Shown here: positions 44,845 to 53,420 of the stretch, piece by piece
How the letters are laid out: every line of letters begins with the position of its first letter
Numbering within the stretch: the first letter of the stretch is position 1
Assembly: GCA_964572225.1 (NCBI GenBank)
Contig: CAZNFR010000005.1
Span: 1,383 to 65,382 of the forward strand
DNA from: an uncultured Bacteroidaceae bacterium
GTDB taxonomy: Bacteria > Bacteroidota > Bacteroidia > Bacteroidales > GCA-2748055
Reading direction: 5' to 3'
DNA length: 64,000 nucleotides
Program-made: the position numbers and the translations under genes
The notes under the pieces: generated by a model
Databases searched by the model: none
The model's input: only the letters and a program-made list of their open reading frames with translations
Told to the model about the DNA's origin: nothing

Positions 44845-44863
44845 CAAATGTATAAATTTATAC
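44845..44863 (-). promoter_or_regulatory. -7 element overlapped by a perfect 14-bp palindrome, upstream of the TPR/PD40 array
   Basis: TACATTTG (minus strand, 44845-44852) overlaps GTATAAATTTATAC (44850-44863). Confidence 0.55.
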
Positions 44864-45000
44864 CATTGAATTGAATTTATCATAATCTGTAAGATGCAAA
44901 TCTTTAATTATTTTGATGTAAGCAATTGATTCTTATATCAATTGTCAGTAAAAAACGGGTAAAATCATGCCCGGACTTACCTATTATTCCTTTTACCGTT

Positions 45001-46956
45001 TTAAATTGCGTTTCGTTTCAATCCGAGGATATTTTTCCACAACAGGATAAAGTCGTTTATCATCCTGTAATCCCTTGCGTAATCGAGGTTTATTCCTTCC
45101 GTTATTTCGGAAGGGATATCCTCATCCATAAAATTACAGGGGCTGAAGATTCCTTTTTTCAGGACCGGTAGGGCTGAATTGTCCACTCTGGTGCAATAAC
45201 CTATCCAGGTGAATTTTCCTCCCAGGACCTTCAGGGCCTGAAGAAATAACCTTGCGTAACTTCGTATGAAAAGCGGAAGAACGGGAAACAGGATAATGAT
45301 AAAAAAGGATGAAAGGATATCAAACAGCCGTTTAAGTCTGCGGTTTTTCCCACGGGAAACCGAATTAAAGTGAATAAGATAAAGCTCACCAGAGGTATGT
45401 ATGGAATTGCTGCCGATGATGTAGAGACTTTCCGGTGGGGCTATTTTATATTCAATTCCGGTCTGACTCAAATGAGTCATATTTTTAATGATTTCAGCAG
45501 AGGAAATGTCCCTTGCACAGAAAACTACTTCTTCGACATTGTAAACCTTCAGAATTTCCGGCAATTTCTCCAAATTGCCCAGGTATTCAGTTCCGGGTGC
45601 GGTTCCGGGACTTACAATGCCAATAATCTCCGGACGTATTCGGGTCCGGTTTAGAACGGAACTCACCCTCCCGGCTTCCTCCCGGCTACCGATAATGATC
45701 AGCCGTTTCTTGCGATTGGCATAAAATTCATAACCTTTAATGCCCAGCAGATTAGCCGACATCCTGTGAAGGAGAAGAATAATAAGCACCCATGCACTTC
45801 CAAGAAGAATAAGCGCTCTTGAAAACCTTAAGGATTCAGGAAGCAAAGCATAAAGTACAAGTATGATCAATGTTCCGGTAATGTGACCCTTCAGCAGGTT
45901 CCATAGTTTTATGGGTTTTTCGTACGCGCCCGAATAATATAAGCTAAGCAGCCAAACGCCAATATAAACAGGAACAATGTACCTGGTAAATTCCCCGGGA
46001 TAATAGTTGGGAATCCCGAACTTGAACTGTTCCCAAAAAGGGGTTAGAAAATAGTACCCGAGGAAAATCAGGGTAGCATCCAGGACGGGCTTATATATCC
46101 GGTTTACAAATCGTTTGATTATGGAAAGGGTGGCCCGGAAATAAATGGCCAGGTTAATCAGGAAAGAAAAAGCCCTGGCATTTTTCTTCGAGAAATGTTT
46201 CCTGGCAAAAATGATCATGGCCTTGTAAAAAACAAGCACATAATTGATGCTGCCTTTCTTCGTACTTTCACCCTTATAGTGGATTATGTTGGTTTTCGGG
46301 AAGTAAATTACCTTGTATCCTGCCAAATTGATGCGGTAGCTCAAATCCACATCCTCTCCGTACATAAAAAACGTTTCATCCAGCAACCCCGTTTTCTGAA
46401 GGGCTTCTTTCCTGAGAAACATGTAGGCTCCCGATAGCACTTCCACTTCATTGATTTCATATTCAGGAAGATAACCCAGATGGTACCTGCCAAAAATGCG
46501 GGATTTGGGAAAGAGAGCAGAGAGACCAAATATCTTGAAAAAAGAAACCAGGGGTGTGGGTAAAGAACGTTTGGATTCAGGAAGAAATTTGCCCCTCCCG
46601 TCGATCATATGGATTCCGAGGGCACCCACTGAAGGATGACCGTCCATATACTCGATACATTTTACAAAACTATCTTCCTCAACGATGGTGTCAGGATTAA
46701 GCAGCAGGCAATACCTGCCCCGGGCCAGAGAAAGAGCCTGATTGTTCGCTTTACTGAATCCAAGGTTTTCCTGATTCTCGATTAGACTTACAAAAGGAAA
46801 CTTTTCCTTTATAAGGGCATTGGAACCATCGACCGAATTATTATCGACCACAAAAATCTCAGCCTGAATATTCCGAATCGCTTTTTCAACAGAATGAAGA
46901 CACTGTTCAAGGAAGTGTTTTACATTATAGTTTACGATGACGATACTAAGATCCAT
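45001..46956 (-). CDS. GT2 glycosyltransferase fused to a TM region and a degenerate WcaJ/phosphoglycosyl-transferase-like C-terminus
   Basis: LSIVIVNYN, VVDNNSVDGS, LLNPD, FFMYGEDVDL; TM helices; LIIIGSREE Rossmann-like part; RLKRLFDIL. Confidence 0.85.
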   Translation of the reverse strand: MDLSIVIVNYNVKHFLEQCLHSVEKAIRNIQAEIFVVDNNSVDGSNALIKEKFPFVSLIENQENLGFSKANNQALSLARGRYCLLLNPDTIVEEDSFVKCIEYMDGHPSVGALGIHMIDGRGKFLPESKRSLPTPLVSFFKIFGLSALFPKSRIFGRYHLGYLPEYEINEVEVLSGAYMFLRKEALQKTGLLDETFFMYGEDVDLSYRINLAGYKVIYFPKTNIIHYKGESTKKGSINYVLVFYKAMIIFARKHFSKKNARAFSFLINLAIYFRATLSIIKRFVNRIYKPVLDATLIFLGYYFLTPFWEQFKFGIPNYYPGEFTRYIVPVYIGVWLLSLYYSGAYEKPIKLWNLLKGHITGTLIILVLYALLPESLRFSRALILLGSAWVLIILLLHRMSANLLGIKGYEFYANRKKRLIIIGSREEAGRVSSVLNRTRIRPEIIGIVSPGTAPGTEYLGNLEKLPEILKVYNVEEVVFCARDISSAEIIKNMTHLSQTGIEYKIAPPESLYIIGSNSIHTSGELYLIHFNSVSRGKNRRLKRLFDILSSFFIIILFPVLPLFIRSYARLFLQALKVLGGKFTWIGYCTRVDNSALPVLKKGIFSPCNFMDEDIPSEITEGINLDYARDYRMINDFILLWKNILGLKRNAI

Positions 46957-47031
46957 TGTAAGCCTGATAGTTGTGAATTAATATTTTACCCACATTCGCA
47001 ACCGAATAACCTAACGGAAAGTCAGGGTTTT

Positions 47032-48261
47032 CTAATCTTCAATGATCTGATTTCTTAACAGATCATCCAGGTTCTCTCTTTTCCTGATAAGGCTGGCCTC
47101 CCCGTTTTTGATCATCACCTCGGCAGGTCTGAACCTGGAGTTATAATTGGATGCCATGGTAAAACAGTAAGCACCTGCATTTTTAAAAACCAGGTAATCA
47201 CCTTCGCTTATTTCAACCAATTTCCGGTTCCAACCAAAGGTGTCTGTTTCACAAATGTATCCGACTATGGTGTATATCCTGGTTTTACCTTCCGGTCTGG
47301 AAACATTAACGATTTCATGGTAAGCGTCATAAAACATCGGTCTTATCAGGTGATTTAATCCTGTATCGAGTCCGGCAAAAACCGTAGCAGTGGTTTGTTT
47401 GATCACGTTTACCCTGGCAAAGAAATATCCGGCTTCACTTACCAGGAATTTACCGGGTTCAAACATCAGGGTGAGTTCTTTTCCATATTCCCGGCAAAAA
47501 TCGTTAAACCGCTTTGAAAGAGTTTTACCCAATTCTTCGATGTCGGTGGAAACATCGTCAGCTTTATAGGGTACCTTGAATCCGCTTCCATAATCAATGT
47601 ATTCAAGATCCCTAAATTCACCGGCAGTTTTAAGAATGATCTCGGAAGCATTCAGAAACACCTCCACGTCAAGAATATCCGAACCTGTGTGCATATGTAG
47701 TCCTTCAACCCTCATATTGTTTGTTTCAACAACCCGGTGCACATGTGCCATCTGATAAATGGAAATGCCAAATTTCGAATCGATATGGCCCGTCGAGATC
47801 TTTTGATTTCCCCCGCCCATAATGTGGGGATTGATCCTGATGCACACCGGAATCCTGTCCCCGTATTTGTGTCCGAACTGCTCCAGAATGGAGATATTAT
47901 CAATGTTGATCCTCACTCCCTCCTGCACAGCCAGATCTATCTCCTCAAGAGAGACACAATTCGGAGTGTAAATAATATCCTGGGGCAAAAAACCTGCTTT
48001 TAAGCCCATCCAGACCTCCTGTATGGAAACCGCATCAAGTCCGGAACCCAGTTCACGGAAATACTTAAGAATATTGACATTGGTAAGGGCTTTGCACGCA
48101 AAGTTGATTTTTACCCGGGTATCTTTGAATGCATGGGTTATCTGGTCATATTGTGCCTTCATCCTCGAAGTATCATAAACGTAAAGGGGGGAGTCAAATT
48201 TTTCCACAAGAGTCAGAACCGGCACATTGTCAATTACATAACGTCCTTTTTTTAATTCCAT
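47032..48261 (-). CDS. lysA: Diaminopimelate decarboxylase
   Basis: NFACKALTN (PLP Lys), HIDSKFGI, HMHTGS, EPGKFLV, GYICETD, GAYCFTMASNYNSR. Confidence 0.94.
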   Translation of the reverse strand: MELKKGRYVIDNVPVLTLVEKFDSPLYVYDTSRMKAQYDQITHAFKDTRVKINFACKALTNVNILKYFRELGSGLDAVSIQEVWMGLKAGFLPQDIIYTPNCVSLEEIDLAVQEGVRINIDNISILEQFGHKYGDRIPVCIRINPHIMGGGNQKISTGHIDSKFGISIYQMAHVHRVVETNNMRVEGLHMHTGSDILDVEVFLNASEIILKTAGEFRDLEYIDYGSGFKVPYKADDVSTDIEELGKTLSKRFNDFCREYGKELTLMFEPGKFLVSEAGYFFARVNVIKQTTATVFAGLDTGLNHLIRPMFYDAYHEIVNVSRPEGKTRIYTIVGYICETDTFGWNRKLVEISEGDYLVFKNAGAYCFTMASNYNSRFRPAEVMIKNGEASLIRKRENLDDLLRNQIIED

Positions 48262-48290
48262 TCAGGATTAATTGTTAAAGGTTGAAAAAA

Positions 48291-48298
48291 CAAAGATA
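48291..48298 (-). promoter_or_regulatory. -7 element for lysA
   Basis: TATCTTTG on the minus strand. Confidence 0.6.
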
Positions 48299-48369
48299 AT
48301 GTTTGTTGTTTAATCCCCCTTGCATTTCGCATTCCCAAACATTACTTTAGCCGCAATTAAAGCCGGTAA

Positions 48370-48999
48370 ATGAAATATCCTTCACAATTACTTGAAGATG
48401 CGGTTCATGAGTTTTCCAAGCTTCCGGGGATCGGAAACAAGACGGCTCTTCGGCTTGTTTTGCATTTATTAAAGCAGGACAGGGAAGAGGTCAGTAATTT
48501 CGGAAATTCCCTGATCCGCCTGCGGGAAGAAATAAAACATTGCAAAGTATGTCATAATATTTCCGATACTGAGACCTGCTCCATTTGCTCCGATTTGAAA
48601 AGGGATAAGAGCATTCTCTGTGTTGTTGAAAGCATTCGTGATGTTATGTCGGTTGAAAATACGAGACAGTTCAACGGGCTATACCATGTATTGGGAGGAG
48701 TCATTTCACCCATGGACGGGATAGGTCCGGCCGATCTGAGTCTGAGATCGCTCGAGGAAAGAGTAAAAAAAGAACCAAATGAAATCATCGAGATTATTCT
48801 GGCCCTTCCTGCCACCATGGAAGGAGATACTACCAATTTTTACATTTACCGCAAGTTAAAGGATACAGAAATCAGGATTTCTACTATTGCCAGGGGTATT
48901 GCCGTGGGCGACGATCTTGAATATGCAGATGAACTTACCCTGGGCAGAAGTATCCAGAACCGCACTGATTTTGAACAATCCCTCGGAAAAAGAAGTTAA
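48370..48999 (+). CDS. recR: Recombination mediator RecR
   Basis: [17 protein letters not shown]....CSIC zinc finger, CVVES, YHVLGG, TMEGDTT. Confidence 0.97.
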   Translation: MKYPSQLLEDAVHEFSKLPGIGNKTALRLVLHLLKQDREEVSNFGNSLIRLREEIKHCKVCHNISDTETCSICSDLKRDKSILCVVESIRDVMSVENTRQFNGLYHVLGGVISPMDGIGPADLSLRSLEERVKKEPNEIIEIILALPATMEGDTTNFYIYRKLKDTEIRISTIARGIAVGDDLEYADELTLGRSIQNRTDFEQSLGKRS

Positions 49000-49005
49000 A
49001 CTCCA

Positions 49006-50469
49006 ATGAACGCAGCCTTGCTACTCGGGATCATTTTCCTCTATTTCACCGTTCTTTTCATTCTTTCCTGGCTGACAGGGCGTAAGGCTGATAATGCATC
49101 ATTTTTTATAGGGAACCGGAAATCTCCCTGGTACGTGGTCGCCTTTGGAATGATTGGTGCATCGCTTTCCGGAGTAACTTTCATTTCAGTACCGGGCTGG
49201 GTAGGGGATAGTCAGTTTTCCTACATGCAGATGGTGTTGGGATACCTCCTGGGATATTTTTTCATTGCCAATGTACTAATGCCTTTGCACTACCGGCTTA
49301 ACCTTACTTCGATCTACACCTACCTTGATCAGAGATTTGGAAAGAAATCCTATAAAACCGGAGCTTCCTTTTTTCTGGTTTCGAGAATCATCGGAGCTTC
49401 ATTCCGGTTGTATCTGGTTGCCTCGGTCCTTCAATTTACCATTTTCCAGTCATTGGGAATACCCTTCGTAGTTACGGTGGGGGTTACCATTGCCCTGATC
49501 TGGCTGTATACTTTCAGGGGAGGAATAAAAACCATAATCTGGACAGACAGTCTTCAAACCCTGGGTATGCTGATGTCGGTGGTCATAGCCCTTCTTCTGA
49601 TCGGACGGGAGATGCAACTCGATCCAGGAACCATGATAAGCATGATCAGGGAAAGTGATTATTCAAGAATCTGGTTTTTCGACGACTGGAAAGCAGAACA
49701 ACACTTTGTCAAGCAATTTATCGCCGGAGCATTTATCGCCATTGTTATGACAGGCCTGGATCAGGATATGATGCAAAAAAACCTTAGTTGCAGAAATATC
49801 CGGGAAGCCAAAAAGAATATGTACTGGATGAGTATATCGCTGGTGCCTGTGAACCTCCTTTTCCTGAGTCTTGGAGCAGTTTTGTTTATTTATGCTGAAA
49901 AAACCGGAATTCAAATTCCCGAACAGACCGATAATCTTTTCCCCCTTATAGCCACCGGTGGGTATTTGTCCGTAACCCTCATGGTTTTCTTTATCATCGG
50001 ACTGGTAGCAGCCGCATATTCAAGTGCCGATTCTGCCCTTACTTCCCTTACAACCTCTTTCACCTATGATATCCTGGAAGCAGGCGAAAAGGACGAAGCC
50101 GAGCTGAGAAAAACCCGGATTGCGGTACATATTATGATCAGCCTGGTACTCGGAATGGTAATCATGATTTTTCGCGCGATCAACGACGAGAACGTGATCT
50201 CTGCCATTTTCCGGGTTGCAGGATATACCTATGGGCCTTTGCTCGGACTTTATTCCTTCGGACTTTATACCCGGAGGAAGGTTTTGGATAAAGCCGTACC
50301 CTTTATAGCCATTCTTTCACCCGTCCTTACTTACCTGATAAATTATCATTCCGAATCCTGGCTAATGGGTTACAAATTCGGTTTTGAACTTCTGCTGTTA
50401 AACGGATTGATCACCTTTCTGGGACTTACCCTTTTTATGAAAAAAGAAAGGACTGAGAAAAGGCTTTAG
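49006..50469 (+). CDS. Sodium:solute symporter family transporter
   Basis: FFIGNRKSPW, SLSGVTFISVPG, TGLDQDMMQKNL, AAAYSSADSAL; about 13 TM segments. Confidence 0.92.
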   Translation: MNAALLLGIIFLYFTVLFILSWLTGRKADNASFFIGNRKSPWYVVAFGMIGASLSGVTFISVPGWVGDSQFSYMQMVLGYLLGYFFIANVLMPLHYRLNLTSIYTYLDQRFGKKSYKTGASFFLVSRIIGASFRLYLVASVLQFTIFQSLGIPFVVTVGVTIALIWLYTFRGGIKTIIWTDSLQTLGMLMSVVIALLLIGREMQLDPGTMISMIRESDYSRIWFFDDWKAEQHFVKQFIAGAFIAIVMTGLDQDMMQKNLSCRNIREAKKNMYWMSISLVPVNLLFLSLGAVLFIYAEKTGIQIPEQTDNLFPLIATGGYLSVTLMVFFIIGLVAAAYSSADSALTSLTTSFTYDILEAGEKDEAELRKTRIAVHIMISLVLGMVIMIFRAINDENVISAIFRVAGYTYGPLLGLYSFGLYTRRKVLDKAVPFIAILSPVLTYLINYHSESWLMGYKFGFELLLLNGLITFLGLTLFMKKERTEKRL

Positions 50470-52247
50470 TTTTTTCCTACCGCATAAATTTCCCTCAAAA
50501 CATCCTTATAATTCTCATAGAGAACTTTCCTTTTCAGTTTGAGAGTGGGTGACATTTCACCCGATTGAGGGCTCCATTCTTCCACCACCAGGCGAAACCT
50601 CTTGATATGTTCGGTCTGCCCCAGCTTTTTATTGATCTCGTTTACCTCTTTCTGAAAGCGGTTTATTAGCTCGGGAATGCTTATCAGCTCAAGGTTATCT
50701 CTGTATTTTACCGAGTGAAGGGACGCCCAGTTATGCAGAAATTCGAAATTGGGGGAGATCAGAGCGCTTGCGAACTTCTCATTTTCACCAACCACCATCG
50801 CATTCTCGATAAAGAATGATTCCTTCATTTTATTTTCGATTACCTGTGGGGCAATGTATTTCCCACTCGAAAGCTTGAACATTTCCTTCTTGCGATCCGT
50901 GATTTTAAGGTACTCACCCTCAACCAACTCACCTATGTCGCCGGTATGTAACCATCCCTCCTCGTCAATTACTTCCCGGGTGAGCTCCGGCTCCTTATAG
51001 TATCCCATCATAATGTTTGGACCTTTGCATAGGATTTCCCCGTCGGGTCCTATCTTCATCTCCACATTTTCCAGAACCGGACCCACAGTTCCGAAACGGA
51101 CCTTTTTTGGAGTCAGGGTATTGACCGCAATTACAGGCGAGGTTTCAGTGAGCCCGTATCCCTCCAGAACCCTTATCCCTGATGCCCAAAAAATGCGTGC
51201 CAGTCTGGGTTGAAGCGATGCACCTCCGGAAACCACCGTTGTTACATTTCCACCCATCCCTTCCCTCCATTTAGAAAAGATCAGCTTATCCGCAAGTTTT
51301 AATCTTACCCGATACCAAAGTCCATTTTTTTCATCACTATACCTGAGTCCCAGATTTACCGCCCAGAAAAAGATTTGTTTTTTCAGATAGGGCAGGTCCT
51401 TTCCCTTACCAATGATCCTGTCGTATACTCTTTCCAGCAATCGGGGTACGGAATTGAACATTTCCGGTTTTATGTCCTTCAGGTCCTGTACAATGGTTCC
51501 CATATTCTCTGCGTAATAAATGCTCATTCCCTTATACTGGAAATGGTAGTTCATCATTCTTTCATAAACATGGCTCAGGGGAAGAAAGGAGAGGACCTTA
51601 TGGCGGTGGTCCAGTTCATGGGCATGAGATGTGCTTACGAAATTGGTTACCAGATTTCGGTGTGACAGCATCACTCCTTTGGGAAATCCAGTGGTACCCG
51701 AGGTGTAAATCAAGGTTACCATCTCTTCCTCTCCGATTCCGTCCTTGATCTTCTCTAGTTCTTCCTGGTATGTATCTTCGCTTTCTTCTCCTTTGCTGAG
51801 GATCTCTTTCCAATGAGAAGCACCTTCAATCTCGTTGTAAGTGAAAAGTCCGCTGATCCGTGGGTTTAGGTCCACCAGCGGCCTGATCTTTCCATAAAGC
51901 TGGGCATCCGATACAATTACCAGTCTGGGCTCGGAGTGCGTTAGAATATAAGTGTACTCCTCCACTGAAATGGTGGGGTAAATTGGGATATGAACGATTC
52001 CTGCCTGACTCAGGGCCATATCCATGAAATTCCATTCGGGACGGTTATTCGAAATGCTGGCTACGCGGTCCCCTTTTTTTAAACCCATGGCCAGTAACCC
52101 ATAACTTAATAAATTGGCTATCCGGATGTACTCACTGGCAGAATACCTTACCCAGTCACCTTCATCTTTACCGGCCAGGACATCGGTTTTTTCAGAAAAT
52201 CTTTCTTTATACCTCCCAAGAAGGTCAAAGGTTCTTTTAACTTCCAT
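50466..52247 (-). CDS. fadD: Long-chain fatty acid-CoA ligase (AMP-dependent synthetase)
   Basis: IYTSGTTGFPKG, EGYGLTETSP, WLHTGDIG, ITDRKKE, SPTLKLKR. Confidence 0.9.
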   Translation of the reverse strand: MEVKRTFDLLGRYKERFSEKTDVLAGKDEGDWVRYSASEYIRIANLLSYGLLAMGLKKGDRVASISNNRPEWNFMDMALSQAGIVHIPIYPTISVEEYTYILTHSEPRLVIVSDAQLYGKIRPLVDLNPRISGLFTYNEIEGASHWKEILSKGEESEDTYQEELEKIKDGIGEEEMVTLIYTSGTTGFPKGVMLSHRNLVTNFVSTSHAHELDHRHKVLSFLPLSHVYERMMNYHFQYKGMSIYYAENMGTIVQDLKDIKPEMFNSVPRLLERVYDRIIGKGKDLPYLKKQIFFWAVNLGLRYSDEKNGLWYRVRLKLADKLIFSKWREGMGGNVTTVVSGGASLQPRLARIFWASGIRVLEGYGLTETSPVIAVNTLTPKKVRFGTVGPVLENVEMKIGPDGEILCKGPNIMMGYYKEPELTREVIDEEGWLHTGDIGELVEGEYLKITDRKKEMFKLSSGKYIAPQVIENKMKESFFIENAMVVGENEKFASALISPNFEFLHNWASLHSVKYRDNLELISIPELINRFQKEVNEINKKLGQTEHIKRFRLVVEEWSPQSGEMSPTLKLKRKVLYENYKDVLREIYAVGKN

Positions 52248-52343
52248 AGCAGAGTTTTAGTTGTGTTCTGTAGTTTATCGTCCCAGACAGACCCCAATTC
52301 GCCCGGGAAGTCTGAGTATTAGGTTCATAGTTTCCTTAACCGG

Positions 52344-52351
52344 CAAATATA
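52344..52351 (-). promoter_or_regulatory. -7 element for the fatty acid-CoA ligase gene
   Basis: TATATTTG on the minus strand, about 97 nt upstream of the ATG. Confidence 0.55.
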
Positions 52352-52520
52352 GGTAAAACCTGATATATTTTTCGAATGTTTTTTTCGGGAAGAAAAGGAT
52401 TTTATACACTCTTACGTAACCTTCTCATCCTCAGTGGTTAAAAATGATATCCTTTTTTGATTTTTCGACCCAAACAATTAGTGCAGGGAATTGTTCCTTA
52501 AAGTATTATACCCTGTTGTT

Positions 52521-53390
52521 ATGAAAAAAAGTGTATTAGTGATTGCCGGAGTTTTATTCGGTTTTTTTTGTTTGTCCGCCCAGGATCTCCCTGCTTACGC
52601 CATTTATAATGCAGAAGGAAAACCTGTCAAATGGAAAAAGATGAAGGAAAGCCTGAAGGATTCGGATGTGGTTCTTTTTGGCGAAATTCATAATGATCCT
52701 ATTGCACACTGGTTGCAGCTTAGGCTTACACTTGCCTTGTTTGAAATCAATGAGGAGAAGATCGTTTTGGGAGCGGAAATGTTTGAAACTGACAACCAAT
52801 TGATACTCGATGAGTACCTTGATAAATTTTTTGACGATAAAAGATTTGAAGCCGGGGCGCGGTTATGGAGCAATTATCAGACCGATTACAGACCTCTTGT
52901 TTTATTTGCCCGTGAACAGGGTATTCCCTTTATTGCCACCAACATTCCGAGACGTTATGCGAATATGGTTTTTCGAAATGGGTTTTCCATGCTGGATTCC
53001 CTTTCAGCAGAAGCAAAACAGTTGATCGCGCCTCTGCCCATTCCCTACGATCCGGATCTTCCCGGTTACAGGAATATGCTTCAGATGGGGATGGGGCATT
53101 CGGCCGATAGCGAAAACTTTCCTCGTTCCCAGGCGATTAAGGATGCAACCATGGCTCATTTTATTCTTGAAAACCTTGAGCCCGATCATATTTTCATCCA
53201 TTTTAACGGGGCTTATCATTCCGATAATTATGAAGGGATCGTATGGTATTTGAATACCTATCGGGAAGGATTGAAAATATCGACCATTTCCACGGTATAC
53301 CAGGCGGATATTGAGGAGTTTGAAGATGATAATCTGTCGAAAGCCGATTTTATCATCGTAGTTCCTGAAGATATGACTAAAACCTACTAA
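52521..53390 (+). CDS. ChaN family (haem-uptake/TIKI-like) exported protein
   Basis: VLFGEIHND, GAEMFE, NYQTDYRPLV, IATNIPRRYA, QAIKDATMA, HFNGAYHS. Start taken at MKKSV (52521). Confidence 0.85.
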   Translation: MKKSVLVIAGVLFGFFCLSAQDLPAYAIYNAEGKPVKWKKMKESLKDSDVVLFGEIHNDPIAHWLQLRLTLALFEINEEKIVLGAEMFETDNQLILDEYLDKFFDDKRFEAGARLWSNYQTDYRPLVLFAREQGIPFIATNIPRRYANMVFRNGFSMLDSLSAEAKQLIAPLPIPYDPDLPGYRNMLQMGMGHSADSENFPRSQAIKDATMAHFILENLEPDHIFIHFNGAYHSDNYEGIVWYLNTYREGLKISTISTVYQADIEEFEDDNLSKADFIIVVPEDMTKTY

Positions 53391-53420
53391 AGGGTTCCGG
53401 GTCCTGCTTCAAGGGTATTT

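Noticed and set aside
48262-48369. Lysine riboswitch before lysA, preQ1 riboswitch before queD, or Thr attenuator before thrA
   Set aside because: The leaders are too short or lack the conserved motifs, and there is no Thr/Ile-rich leader peptide.
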